From Oscillibacter sp. (GTDB taxonomy: Bacteria; Bacillota; Clostridia; Oscillospirales; Oscillospiraceae), in the NCBI GenBank assembly GCA_003487665.1, contig DNFA01000015.1:38607-102606 (forward strand): a stretch of DNA of 64,000 nt. Reading direction: 5' to 3'. The stretch's first letter is position 1. The number at the start of each line of letters is the position of its first letter. The notes under the pieces are model-generated. The model did no database searches. It had not been told where the DNA came from and worked only from the letters and a program-made list of their open reading frames with translations. Position numbers and translations under genes: made by a program. Of the stretch, positions 27,432 to 36,903 are shown one piece after another.

Positions 27432-27472
27432 AAAAGCGGCTACGCCCCGAAATGGAGCGTAGCCGCTATTTT
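27432..27472. terminator. Bidirectional intrinsic terminator
   Basis: AGCGGCTACGC/GCGTAGCCGCT stem flanked by A and T tracts between convergent genes. Confidence 0.8.
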
Positions 27473-27552
27473 ACTGCCCTCTGGAGCCGCTGGAACGTCG
27501 CAGAATGATGGATTTTATGCCGGCGGCAACGTAAATCGACCTACGCTGGTCT

Positions 27553-28067
27553 TTACCGATGCCACAGCTCCTCGGAAACCTCGACCGACTCTTCTTTGAG
27601 TGCAGAGAACCGTTCCTCGAACTCGTATTCCGTGATTTCGCCCGTCTTCCGCAGGCCGCGGAGTATCGAGATCTCCTGCGGGATCTCCGCATAGCGTTTC
27701 CGCAGGTGGTCAATGCGGGAGTCCTGCTTCGCAATCTCCTGCCGCCACCCTTCCCAGAGCGGCGTCGTGAACTCCTTCCATTCCAACTCAGGCAGCGTCA
27801 CGCTCAGGTCATCCCTCGCCTTGTCGTCCACGTTCAGCGGCGGATGGAGCCGCAGGATGTAGTAGATCTCGTACAGGTTCATATCCGCTTCGCTCCCCAG
27901 CTCCGTATACTCGATCTTCGTCACCTGCTCTATGTTGACGGTGCGGTGCATCGGCTTATTGAACAGGTGGCCGCGGATTCTGCTCTGCAATGGCTGCTTG
28001 GTGCGGCCAACGTACACGAGCAGTTCCCGTACCAGATCCGATAAATCAGGAACCCTTGTACTCTCAT
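27553..28067 (-). pseudogene. GIY-YIG nuclease-domain gene with a 1-nt frameshift near 28022
   Basis: ATG 28067 gives MRVQGFLIYRIWYG; the -1 frame continues LVYVGRTKQPLQSRIRGH..E..N. Confidence 0.7.
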
Positions 28068-28297
28068 TTGACGCACCTGAAACCGGCGAACTGTGCCAGA
28101 CCTGCGCTTCCGTCCGGGCATTTGCACGGAATGTGCATCGGCACGTTATTTCGCGTGAACGGGTTCGCCGCGAGCTGCTGATGCTGGATCACTTTGCCGA
28201 GCAGGGCCGGGAGCATTTCCGTCGGCACCTCCTGAGGCTGTGATCTGGACAACAGCCGACCGCACAACGGGCATTTGTAAACCGGTTGATACTTCAT
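28064..28297 (-). CDS. Small Cys-containing protein
   Basis: ATGA coupling; CPLC. Confidence 0.6.
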   Translation of the reverse strand: MKYQPVYKCPLCGRLLSRSQPQEVPTEMLPALLGKVIQHQQLAANPFTRNNVPMHIPCKCPDGSAGLAQFAGFRCVK

Positions 28298-29088
28298 TCC
28301 GCATACCCCTCCGGTCGTTGCTCCCAATACGCAGAACGCTGCGCAATCGCCATGTCGATCAGCCAGAACTTTTCACGTTCATCCATCAGGACATCGACCG
28401 ACCATTGCCCTGTCAGTCCTTGCACATCCCGCATTGCATCAGCGACCTTATCCTGAACGGCGTCCTTGAAGTGCGCGTACACGCCTTCCAATCTCTCTCG
28501 CTCATGCTCAAAAACGATCTTGTCGGTGGCATGGTACAGGTGCGGGTAAACGTAGTCGTAGTCCCAATAGTTCGCGGTGAAAATCGGCTCTCTGGTGTCG
28601 AAGTCGTAGAACACGCGGAACTCGGGCCGTAAGGGTAGGCCGTTGTAGATGCAAGGCGTCATCCCCGCAGGGCTTTCTATGAACTTTCGCACCACAATTT
28701 CGTCTGCGCCCTCTGCTCCGCAGCATATCGCCTCGTAGTTGATTAGGATGATCGCCCGGTACAGCTCATGCAGGCCGTACAGGTTGCACGTCCCGTTCGC
28801 ATTGAACTTGTTGCTGAAGCGGCCATTCTTGACGAACACATGGCCGGTCAGCCCCATCTCTTTCAGCTTCGGGATAACGCGCTCCTCCAGATACGCCTTG
28901 ACGGTCTCTTCGTCTTCCTTCGGGTGCTCCATGTAAAACGCCTCGTACAGCCGCTTCACATACTCTGGTTCCTCCTCCGCACTCGGCAGCTTCGTGTAGA
29001 ACGTCAGCGGCGTCGGGATGCCGCAGTCCTTGATTTTCGGATACCAGAAGCTAAAGTCGTTCTCGTGCTCCCTCGTGTAGTCAAACAT
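28294..29088 (-). CDS. ATP-grasp-like protein
   Basis: VFVKNG, EFRVF, WSVDVL..FWLID pattern. Confidence 0.5.
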   Translation of the reverse strand: MFDYTREHENDFSFWYPKIKDCGIPTPLTFYTKLPSAEEEPEYVKRLYEAFYMEHPKEDEETVKAYLEERVIPKLKEMGLTGHVFVKNGRFSNKFNANGTCNLYGLHELYRAIILINYEAICCGAEGADEIVVRKFIESPAGMTPCIYNGLPLRPEFRVFYDFDTREPIFTANYWDYDYVYPHLYHATDKIVFEHERERLEGVYAHFKDAVQDKVADAMRDVQGLTGQWSVDVLMDEREKFWLIDMAIAQRSAYWEQRPEGYAE

Positions 29089-29335
29089 CTTTTGTCTCCT
29101 CCTCTTCGTATTTGGCAAACTCCTTTGCCGTGTCGAGGAATTGCACTCGCTGGGCCTCCGCCAGCCCAACCGTGCCATCCCGTCGTTCCAGTATGGCATA
29201 GGCACCAGCAACAACACCGCCGCCATGCCCACCACGCATGAGCGACGGCGGCACGATCTGCGAGATTTGCGTGAACCCGTGGAACAGGTAGAGCTCTTCG
29301 CCCACTTTGCACGGGCGCAGCTTGTTTGTGTTCAT
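29081..29335 (-). CDS. Hypothetical protein
   Basis: LRPCKV..LFHGF..AILE..DG. Confidence 0.65.
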   Translation of the reverse strand: MNTNKLRPCKVGEELYLFHGFTQISQIVPPSLMRGGHGGGVVAGAYAILERRDGTVGLAEAQRVQFLDTAKEFAKYEEEETKDV

Positions 29336-29346
29336 TCTTGCCCTCC

Positions 29347-29742
29347 TCAGTATTTCAGTCGCACACCCTCAGGTAGCGGCGGCATCTCACGCCAGAACCT
29401 CGGCACCCACACAAACGGAACGAACGTCGGGCGTTCAGAGCCGCAAAGCCTTTTCCACACGCAGCTAAAGATGTGACCGTACGAGTCCTTCGTCAAGACC
29501 TCTTGCCCCTCCCGTGGTTTTTGCTCTTTGAGCGTGTGCCATCCGTCCTCCAGCATTGGCATCCACCATTTCACATGACCGCCCGGTTCCAAGCCGCCCA
29601 GGTAAAAGAGAGGCGCTTCCTTCGGGTCGTATGCCACGAGGGAGCCATCGGTCACATGGCCCCATTTGCTGATAATCAGAACTCTCTCGCCAGTGGGAGG
29701 TAACGCCTCTTTCGTGGCCGTCCATCCGTGCTCCATCATCAA
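29347..29742 (-). CDS. Tandem DUF551-like protein
   Basis: Two W..KE.P..G..VL..W..MP repeats. Confidence 0.6.
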   Translation of the reverse strand: MMMEHGWTATKEALPPTGERVLIISKWGHVTDGSLVAYDPKEAPLFYLGGLEPGGHVKWWMPMLEDGWHTLKEQKPREGQEVLTKDSYGHIFSCVWKRLCGSERPTFVPFVWVPRFWREMPPLPEGVRLKY

Positions 29743-30158
29743 CCTCCATCACCGAGCATGAGCTGGCCGGTCTGGAACACCTCATAGAGCGTCTTCTCAT
29801 TCCGGTCAATCAGTTTCGGGAAGAACAGCTCGTCCATCGTGGCCTGCTCCGTCTCCACGAGGGCGACCTGCGCGGCGATCCAGTCCTTCAGGTTGCGCCA
29901 CGCGATGCGCTCGGCCTGTTCGTCGTCGCACTTGGTACGCTCTTTTGCCATCACTGCCTTAACGCCGTCCGGTCGTGCTTCCAGTCGGAAACCATGCAGG
30001 GAGCCGCAGCAGTCCAGCGCGAATGTGACTGCCGTGACTTTGCCGTTTTCGGCGTAGTCCATCATCACCTTTCGTGCTCCGTGCGCGGCGAGGATGCCTT
30101 GGATCTCGCCGACGGTCTGAACCGCCGGCACCTTGGTCGTGTAGTTCTTAATCGGCAT
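29739..30158 (-). CDS. Conserved phage hypothetical protein
   Basis: IKNYTT..QAERIAWRNLKDWI.AQ. Confidence 0.7.
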   Translation of the reverse strand: MPIKNYTTKVPAVQTVGEIQGILAAHGARKVMMDYAENGKVTAVTFALDCCGSLHGFRLEARPDGVKAVMAKERTKCDDEQAERIAWRNLKDWIAAQVALVETEQATMDELFFPKLIDRNEKTLYEVFQTGQLMLGDGG

Positions 30159-30172
30159 CTGCAGTCCTCCTC

Positions 30173-30772
30173 TCAGTCGATGAACCGGATGTTCTCCGCC
30201 GCCGTGCTCCACACCTTGCCGTGCTCGTCCTCGACAATGCCCGTCGTGACAGGGACGGCCCCATTATCGAACTCCTCGAACGTGCTTCCCCATGTGTGGA
30301 ACCATGCGACAAATTCATCCTCGCGCCACCCGTCGTTCGTGCGCTCATACACATGGGCGATACACTTGCGGCAGTTCGGCACAGGCGGCTTCCCACGCAG
30401 AGGCCCTCCCTCTTGCCACGGGCGGAACTGCTGGATCTTTTCCAGCAGGCCCTTCGGATTGCCGTCGAAGAGCAAGGCTCGGTCATCGACATAGACTTTT
30501 GCGGGCGGCTTTTCCGCCGCCACATCATCGACCTCAATGCCGTTCTCCCGAAGGTAGCGCCGCACCGCTCCCATGCCCTCAGGCGTGGCGCATCTGGTGG
30601 ACACGACCACCACTCTGTACCCCGCGGCTCTGATCCGCTTGATTTCTTCGTCAATGAGCGGCACGGGCGGGTCGGGTACAACGTCTACGCCCTGCCAGCC
30701 GCTCACATAGGAATGGATGACGCCGTCAAAATCCAGCACCACATTCGGCTGATACTTCATCTCCCAAGCCAT
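30173..30772 (-). CDS. HAD-like hydrolase domain protein
   Basis: VLDFDGVIHSY, VSTR, KPPA.VYVDDRA. Confidence 0.75.
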   Translation of the reverse strand: MAWEMKYQPNVVLDFDGVIHSYVSGWQGVDVVPDPPVPLIDEEIKRIRAAGYRVVVVSTRCATPEGMGAVRRYLRENGIEVDDVAAEKPPAKVYVDDRALLFDGNPKGLLEKIQQFRPWQEGGPLRGKPPVPNCRKCIAHVYERTNDGWREDEFVAWFHTWGSTFEEFDNGAVPVTTGIVEDEHGKVWSTAAENIRFID

Positions 30773-31200
30773 TACTGCGCCCCCTTGCCGGTTCCAGTGC
30801 TGCCCCAGCCGCCGCGGTTCGGGTTGCCGAGATCCTCGACCTGCTCGAACTCAACAGGCTCGTCCTGCTTCACGAGGCGGAACTGGCAGATGCGCGTCCC
30901 CTTCGGGATTTCCGTATGACGGATGGCAACCGCCGGGAAGCCCCAGATGTCATCGTTACCGCAGTAGCTATGCTCGATGATGCCCACGCTGTTCGCCATG
31001 ATGACGCCGAAGTTCTTGCAGGTCGAGCTTCTGGGAACGACCTGCGCATAGTAGCCAGCAGGAAGTTCCATCGCAATGCCGAGCGAAATAATTTTGAAGT
31101 CCAACGGCTCCAGAACGATGTCCTCGGCGGTGTAAAGGTCAACCCACTCGCCATGTGACTCGGGCAGCGGGTTCCCGTGCGTGTTGATTTTGACTTTCAT
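30772..31200 (-). CDS. dut: Trimeric dUTPase
   Basis: DLY, PRSST, GIIEHSYCG, RICQ, RGGWGSTG motifs. Confidence 0.92.
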   Translation of the reverse strand: MKVKINTHGNPLPESHGEWVDLYTAEDIVLEPLDFKIISLGIAMELPAGYYAQVVPRSSTCKNFGVIMANSVGIIEHSYCGNDDIWGFPAVAIRHTEIPKGTRICQFRLVKQDEPVEFEQVEDLGNPNRGGWGSTGTGKGAQ

Positions 31201-31201
31201 G

Positions 31202-31750
31202 TTAAGCCCTCCTTGATGTTTCGTATCTGTAATCGTAGCCATCGAGCCTGTACGGGTCTTTCACTTTACCCATACATCTGGCCCAGATGGCGTTTTGACT
31301 GATGTAGTTTTTCTTGGCCGCCTCTCGTCCAGAAGAGTAAATGGCGACCACTTGGCCGTCCTGATCGACCTTCATCACGGCCTTGCGCCGGTTTGCGCTG
31401 GAGATTTTGCCGCTGACCTGCTTGCTGGCGAACGACAGGTTCACCAGCTCGCAATCCATCTTTGCGCCGTTTCGATGGATGATGTTGTACCCCGGCCTGC
31501 GACCTCCCATGAAGGCGTCGGCCATGAGCCACACAACAGGCACATCTACTTTTCGGTTGTCCGCTGTCCGCATCTTCACGCAGGCGCGGGTTCGTCCGCT
31601 GATGTACGGCTTCAGGACGTACCACTCGCCACTCTCCAGTTCCTTTCGGACGACCGCCTCGCGGTTGATTTGGTATCGGAAGCGATAGCCGGGGATTTCT
31701 ACCCATTCCGCGCTGTCAGGCGTTTGGCTTTTACACCGCTTCGCGCTCAT
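31202..31750 (-). CDS. NUMOD4/HNH/NUMOD1 homing-endonuclease-like protein (degenerate HNH)
   Basis: WVEIPGY..YQIN; HRNGAKMDCELVNL; YSSGREAAK. Confidence 0.7.
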   Translation of the reverse strand: MSAKRCKSQTPDSAEWVEIPGYRFRYQINREAVVRKELESGEWYVLKPYISGRTRACVKMRTADNRKVDVPVVWLMADAFMGGRRPGYNIIHRNGAKMDCELVNLSFASKQVSGKISSANRRKAVMKVDQDGQVVAIYSSGREAAKKNYISQNAIWARCMGKVKDPYRLDGYDYRYETSRRA

Positions 31751-32340
31751 GCCTTGTCTCCGGTTTCGTCCAGATAGGTCGCCTGCAGATCGGCGATGTG
31801 CAGCAAGACGGCCAGCGGGAACTTGTCAAAGGCGTTGCCAACGCTGTACCCGCCGCCTTGGAAGTCGTTATCCGAGAACCCCATGTGCCAACGGATTGCC
31901 ATAGCCTCCTCGCGGCTCAGGCGCATAAACCCAGAGATGATGTAGACGCTCTTCTCACCGTGCCCGTAAGGCAGCTTGTCATCGACCACATAGAACGGGT
32001 ACTGTTCCCACCTGCCCTGATCGTTCTTGCGGTTGCGCATCTCGACCGCATAGAAGTTCGCTTTGCAAATGTCGTGAAGCAGACCACAAACCGCAATCGT
32101 CTCCATCGACGGCTCGTTGAAGCCCGGAGTGATGGTTGCTTCGTTGGCGCAAATCGCCTTCATGCGCTCAAACACATGGAGGCTGTGCTCCAGCAGCCCG
32201 CCGGGGCTGGACAGGTGAAAACGGGTGCTGGCCGGTGCCGCAAAGAAGTCCGAGGACTCGATCCACGCCAGCAGCTTGTCAGCGCCCGGTCGCGTGATAT
32301 TCTCTGTGTACGCCTTGATGAACTTGTCTTTCATGCTCAT
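31747..32340 (-). CDS. HD-domain hydrolase
   Basis: APAS..H..GGLLEHS, LLHDICK, GHGEKS, IRWHMG, HIAD. Confidence 0.85.
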   Translation of the reverse strand: MSMKDKFIKAYTENITRPGADKLLAWIESSDFFAAPASTRFHLSSPGGLLEHSLHVFERMKAICANEATITPGFNEPSMETIAVCGLLHDICKANFYAVEMRNRKNDQGRWEQYPFYVVDDKLPYGHGEKSVYIISGFMRLSREEAMAIRWHMGFSDNDFQGGGYSVGNAFDKFPLAVLLHIADLQATYLDETGDKA

Positions 32341-32502
32341 ATCCTCCTCAAAAATACATCATGCTCAGTGCCCAAGACGCCAGATGCAGAACGCCCGCAG
32401 CCGCGAACAGCGCGATATAGACGTGCTTACCTCTGCCGCTCTCGCCGATGACGCCGACGGTTGCCAGCACCATCACGATCATCGTAAACACCTGAAAGAA
32501 CT

Positions 32503-32862
32503 TCACTTCACATACGCCCCCTTCCATGCTTCGATTGCTTCATCGCAGAACTTGCCGTCGCACTGACCGACAACGCCCTTTCTGCCCTCGCAGTATTCGC
32601 ACAGATCCGTTTCGAGCATATCGACGATCTGGTCATCGGTCATGTCCCCGTAATACTCGCCATTGGTGAGCTTCACCGCTATGAAAACGCGCCCGCTGTC
32701 GATAGCCTGCTGGCAGGTCCTCAACTTCCATTCCAACAGCACAGCCTTGTGCATTGTCTTCGTTGTGCGATGGCCACAATGGACGATGAACCAGTCATGC
32801 TCCAGAAGTTCGGCCACGCTGTCAACGCGGTCTCCCTGTTTGTACTTTCTCTTCATTTTCAT
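32503..32862 (-). CDS. Hypothetical protein
   Basis: AGGAGG RBS. Confidence 0.65.
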   Translation of the reverse strand: MKMKRKYKQGDRVDSVAELLEHDWFIVHCGHRTTKTMHKAVLLEWKLRTCQQAIDSGRVFIAVKLTNGEYYGDMTDDQIVDMLETDLCEYCEGRKGVVGQCDGKFCDEAIEAWKGAYVK

Positions 32863-32870
32863 GTTACCTC

Positions 32871-33719
32871 CTAAAATCCGTTCCATATTTGCTTGCCGTG
32901 ATACTCGAAGCATTCGGCATCGCAGCAGTCTTCGGGAGTCAGATCCGCAAGCCGCTTTCGGCTGCGGGAGATGAACAGGTCGGAGTCCATAGGCGGCTTC
33001 GGGTTCTTATCCCTCAGCAGCTCGTCTACCTCCAGCAGCTTCGCGTAAGTCTGCGGCTGGTGTTCCTTGAGGTTCTCGAAGAAATAGTTTCGGTGGAACG
33101 GGCAAAAGCAGCAGGCGGACGCCTTGGTGTCCAGTCCCCAGACATCCAGTATGTAGGCGTAGTTGTCAGCCCTCGTCAGCTCCATGTCCACCAACGGGAA
33201 ACGGTTCACAAACATCGGGTTCGGGCTGTCCTTGCACCGCTGTTTTTCCTCGAAGCTGAACCCCATGTGCATCTCGTGGGCCTTCTTGTCCTCGTCGCGG
33301 AGCCGCTGGCCTTTCTTGTAGCCGAGCACTTCCCAGCGGACGAACTTTGAGATGCGCTCCACCTTGTAGTCGAGGGTGCAGTTTCGCGGCATCCTTGACT
33401 TGTGACCGTCATCCCGCAGCGTCCACCATGGGATGCTGACCGTGCGGCGTCTCCCGAAGTTCTGCATCAGATCCCGATGCAGCGGTGCGTCCAGCATCTC
33501 ATATCGAATGCCGGCGGTGTCACAGGCTCGGTGTACGAACTCGGCCTGTTGCATGACCCACGGGGGCTCGAAGCCGAGGTCGCAGAAGACGACCAGATCG
33601 TAAACCGGAACCAGCGGGTACGGGCGTTCGTGGCCTTTGCGCTCGGCGTCCACATTCTCACAGGACATCAGGGCCAAGGCCGTCGATTGCATTCCCGCAC
33701 CGAAGGACAAAATCTTCAC
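32871..33719 (-). CDS. PAPS-reductase-like / adenine nucleotide alpha-hydrolase family protein
   Basis: ILSFGAGMQST PP-loop, FCDLG.E, CT.DYK, SACCFCPF. Confidence 0.7.
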   Translation of the reverse strand: MKILSFGAGMQSTALALMSCENVDAERKGHERPYPLVPVYDLVVFCDLGFEPPWVMQQAEFVHRACDTAGIRYEMLDAPLHRDLMQNFGRRRTVSIPWWTLRDDGHKSRMPRNCTLDYKVERISKFVRWEVLGYKKGQRLRDEDKKAHEMHMGFSFEEKQRCKDSPNPMFVNRFPLVDMELTRADNYAYILDVWGLDTKASACCFCPFHRNYFFENLKEHQPQTYAKLLEVDELLRDKNPKPPMDSDLFISRSRKRLADLTPEDCCDAECFEYHGKQIWNGF

Positions 33720-34390
33720 GTTTGCCCCTCCACGCTTTCCCCGCGGCGGAACTCAGCGGCCATCGTATCGGCCGCCTCACGGCTGATGCCGATTGCCTCG
33801 AACTGCTGGTAAATCTCTTCGCGGTCTTCGGGAGCCGCGGACACCAGCGCAAAGGTCAATTCGGCATCCGTCGGAGTTGGCTTCTCAGGTTCTTCCGCCT
33901 CTTCGGCTTCAAGGCTCTGCGCCAATCCCTCTTTGTACTCAGCGATTTTCAGCTTGCCGAACTCAATCACGGCTGTCATGTAGTCCTCGTGCTCGAAACC
34001 GCCTTCCTCGAACTCACGGCTCCAATTCAGAATGTGGTGGAACAGGTCGCGGCTGTCGATTTCTGCACCGTTCGAGCCGAGCATCTGCGCCGCCAGCGCA
34101 GAGAGGTCATAGACGCACTCGCAAAGGCGGATCTCGCTGTCTTCGCCCACCGTGGTCACGAACTTCTCGCCGGCGTCGCTGTAACCACAGGTCTTGCAGT
34201 CCCAGACGTCTTCCCTGTCCGGTTCGTGCGTGACCTCGACGCAGTCATTCAGGCACCGAACGAACGTGCCGCTGTCATCCAGTTCCCAGTCCTGCGTGAC
34301 GTGCGCCGTCGCGCAAAAGGTCTTTCCGCCGCAACGCGGGCAGCGCAGAACCTCATTTTCTTTCAAAATCATCACTTGCTCCTCCATCAC
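33716..34390 (-). CDS. Zinc-ribbon hypothetical protein
   Basis: CPRC..ATAHVTQDW..CKTC. Confidence 0.65.
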   Translation of the reverse strand: MMEEQVMILKENEVLRCPRCGGKTFCATAHVTQDWELDDSGTFVRCLNDCVEVTHEPDREDVWDCKTCGYSDAGEKFVTTVGEDSEIRLCECVYDLSALAAQMLGSNGAEIDSRDLFHHILNWSREFEEGGFEHEDYMTAVIEFGKLKIAEYKEGLAQSLEAEEAEEPEKPTPTDAELTFALVSAAPEDREEIYQQFEAIGISREAADTMAAEFRRGESVEGQT

Positions 34391-34718
34391 TCAGGCTCTT
34401 TTTCAGCCCCGCATATACTCCCTCAAGGGTTTCAACGAGTCCATCTGCCTCAAGGCTGTCCGTCGAAACCAGCCTGCAATCGCTCATGCTGATGTCGTCG
34501 ATCAGATGGACGCCGTAGAACTGTTCGTCAGGCTCCAAACCGGCCTTGTTCTCAATCAGCGCCGCCGTTATCTCTCCGTTCTGTTCTTTCTCGGCCTTTG
34601 CCACGAGGAAGTAGGTCGAAGAGCGGTCGCCGTTGACCGTGGTTGGGCCGTTGCCCAGATCCGCCATCATCGCCTCTGCCAGTTCTTTCGGGGCGATTGC
34701 AAAATCGAACCTTTTCAT
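34353..34718 (-). CDS. Hypothetical protein
   Basis: ATGA coupling. Confidence 0.6.
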   Translation of the reverse strand: MKRFDFAIAPKELAEAMMADLGNGPTTVNGDRSSTYFLVAKAEKEQNGEITAALIENKAGLEPDEQFYGVHLIDDISMSDCRLVSTDSLEADGLVETLEGVYAGLKKSLSDGGASDDFERK

Positions 34719-35107
34719 CCCTCGGGCCACCCTTCCATTTCTTCCTTGAAGTAGTCCTCGTCGCCATCATCGCAGGCGCCGGACATAATCTGCTTGCCCT
34801 TGTAGAGCACGAAGTACCACATTCCGTCGGGGTTCCCCACCATCTTGCGCCACGCCGCTGCAAAGTCGGCCACGCTGTTGAAGACGTAGCAGGTGCGGAT
34901 CGTGGCCGCATCTTTGAAGTCGTCCACGAAGTTTTCCGCATCCTTCTCGGGGTTGCTGTCATCCGCGAACATCATCACGACCAGCCCCCTCGGGATAGCC
35001 ACATCGAAGGACTGCCCGCACTTCGGGCAAATCCCTTTCCAGCCCAGGCCGTCACGCACGATGGCCTCGTCGGACTCGAACCCGCAGTCCGCACAGGTCA
35101 ATTTCAT
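34715..35107 (-). CDS. Zinc-ribbon hypothetical protein
   Basis: CADC..CPKC. Confidence 0.65.
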   Translation of the reverse strand: MKLTCADCGFESDEAIVRDGLGWKGICPKCGQSFDVAIPRGLVVMMFADDSNPEKDAENFVDDFKDAATIRTCYVFNSVADFAAAWRKMVGNPDGMWYFVLYKGKQIMSGACDDGDEDYFKEEMEGWPEG

Positions 35108-35460
35108 TTCAAACCCTCCTCAAACATTTCGATGTAACTGTCCGCGCTCTGAAGCTGGCGCTCCACTTCTGCCTCCGTATCAGCCGTAAAGCAGTACCGC
35201 GCTACCGCGTAGCCCTTCTTGCTGATCCACCAGCTCGTCTTGCTGTTGAACGCATTTCTGGCCGGGGAGAAAACGTAATCCCCGAAAATTCGCGGCTCCG
35301 GTGTCGGCTTTGCCGCCGCATCCGCCGCTTTAGCCTTTGCCTGCCACCATTTCAGCTTTCGGTCGAGCGAGTCAAACGCTCTGGCGAAGTCGCAGGGAGC
35401 GTCACCATAGCAGACATCTCTGCAGTTCTTGCGGTACGGGCACTGTCTGCATCTCTTCAT
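35104..35460 (-). CDS. Hypothetical protein
   Basis: Coupled ORF, Cys-rich N-terminus. Confidence 0.6.
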   Translation of the reverse strand: MKRCRQCPYRKNCRDVCYGDAPCDFARAFDSLDRKLKWWQAKAKAADAAAKPTPEPRIFGDYVFSPARNAFNSKTSWWISKKGYAVARYCFTADTEAEVERQLQSADSYIEMFEEGLK

Positions 35461-35708
35461 CAGAACGCCCTCCGGTACACACGCTTGACGCTGATGAACG
35501 CCGCCTCCGGGTGCTTCAGCAGGTAGAACCGCCGCTGTCTCTCGTTCGGGTAGGTGTTCCCGTTTTCGAGGCGGCCGAGCAGATGGTGGTTCTCGTCGAA
35601 GAGTTCCACGAAGTAGGCCGTCTCCACGCCCATGTTCGGGTCATCCTTGGCGTAATCGTCGAGGACGGGCAGGTGCTCAACCCGTGTTCCATCTCTTTTC
35701 AGGTACAT
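35460..35708 (-). CDS. Hypothetical protein
   Basis: AGGAGG RBS. Confidence 0.65.
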   Translation of the reverse strand: MYLKRDGTRVEHLPVLDDYAKDDPNMGVETAYFVELFDENHHLLGRLENGNTYPNERQRRFYLLKHPEAAFISVKRVYRRAF

Positions 35709-35719
35709 ATCAGATCCTC

Positions 35720-35950
35720 CTATTCCATCGCGGCCCTCAGGGCCTCGATTGCTTCCGTAATGTTGTCGTGCGCCGTGTCCAGATTGTCGGCCGCGGCTTC
35801 AATGGCCGCATAGCGTTCGCTGCCTTCCAGCCCCTCAGGAGCATTGTCGAACTTCTCCTGCTCGTCGTCGTGCAGGCTCTCCACCTCGTCGCCGAGGGTT
35901 TCAAGGGCGTTGACGATTTTCTCAATGACCGCCCGCGTTGCTTTGTTCAT
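35720..35950 (-). CDS. Small acidic helical protein
   Basis: EQEKFDNAPEGLEGSER motif; AGGAG RBS. Confidence 0.7.
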   Translation of the reverse strand: MNKATRAVIEKIVNALETLGDEVESLHDDEQEKFDNAPEGLEGSERYAAIEAAADNLDTAHDNITEAIEALRAAME

Positions 35951-35959
35951 GGCTCCTCC

Positions 35960-36406
35960 TCAATAGTCGGCGTCGAGGTTTTCATCTCGCTCGTCGTACT
36001 TGACTCCGTCGTAGCCGGTGGTCGTCATGATGCGCTCGTAGCACTTCGCACAGACACGGCGGAACGGGATGCCGTAGTAGTCACGGGTGCCGTACATCTC
36101 GAACGGGCGCGCTTCCTTGCCGCACTTCGGGCAGGTCTCTTTCACCAGCCGATAGCCCGGAAGCGACGTCAGGTGGCCGCCGTCATCAATCAGGAAGTCG
36201 TCCCACGTGCCGTCGTCGAACAGTTTGCAGGCGGCCTCATACGCGCTGTCAAAGCTGTCGTGCTCAGACAACGGCTTGTGGTAGCGGCAACCGGCGGCCA
36301 CATCTTCGACCTTCAAAATCACGCCGCCGCGCCCGCACTTCGGGCAGTCTGCGCCGATCTGCTTCTCGTAGCCGCAGAACGGGCAATTCACGTTCTTCTT
36401 TTCCAT
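35960..36406 (-). CDS. Zinc-finger hypothetical protein
   Basis: Four CxxC pairs. Confidence 0.65.
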   Translation of the reverse strand: MEKKNVNCPFCGYEKQIGADCPKCGRGGVILKVEDVAAGCRYHKPLSEHDSFDSAYEAACKLFDDGTWDDFLIDDGGHLTSLPGYRLVKETCPKCGKEARPFEMYGTRDYYGIPFRRVCAKCYERIMTTTGYDGVKYDERDENLDADY

Positions 36407-36651
36407 CAGTTCTCCTCCTTGCCGAGCCAGACCAGCAAACGGATCTGGTCGTGCATCGCTACAAGCCTGCGCTGGGCATCTGCCAGCTCCTCAATCATGG
36501 CGGGGACGAACTTGATGATGTCGTCCACATCGGAGTTGGCGATGTATTGCCGCAATTCGATTACCTTCCGAGCCTGCCAGCACCCCGTCTCCCCGATCTT
36601 TTGGCTCAGTTCCTCAACCTTGCGGTCGATGGACTTTTTCAGGTCGCTCAT
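36406..36651 (-). CDS. Hypothetical protein
   Basis: AAGGAGG RBS. Confidence 0.65.
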   Translation of the reverse strand: MSDLKKSIDRKVEELSQKIGETGCWQARKVIELRQYIANSDVDDIIKFVPAMIEELADAQRRLVAMHDQIRLLVWLGKEEN

Positions 36652-36663
36652 TTCAAAACCTCC

Positions 36664-36903
36664 TTACCGTCTGCTTGCTCTGCGCCGCTGACGGGCAAGC
36701 CGTCTCTGACGCTGTTCTTCTCTGTACTGACGCTCCACCTCTTCGTCGTCCTCGTAATCAGGCAGGCGGTCAAGGTATCGCTGAATGAACGGGATGTGCG
36801 GGAAAACGTAGTCGGCGATCAGAGCGCCGATGCCAAGGACGCCGAGGAACACGGCCAGAAATGCGAAGTCAACGATTGCCTCGCCCAACAGTTCGGGTGT
36901 CAT
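36664..36903 (-). CDS. Small membrane protein
   Basis: One hydrophobic helix and a basic tail. Confidence 0.65.
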   Translation of the reverse strand: MTPELLGEAIVDFAFLAVFLGVLGIGALIADYVFPHIPFIQRYLDRLPDYEDDEEVERQYREEQRQRRLARQRRRASRR

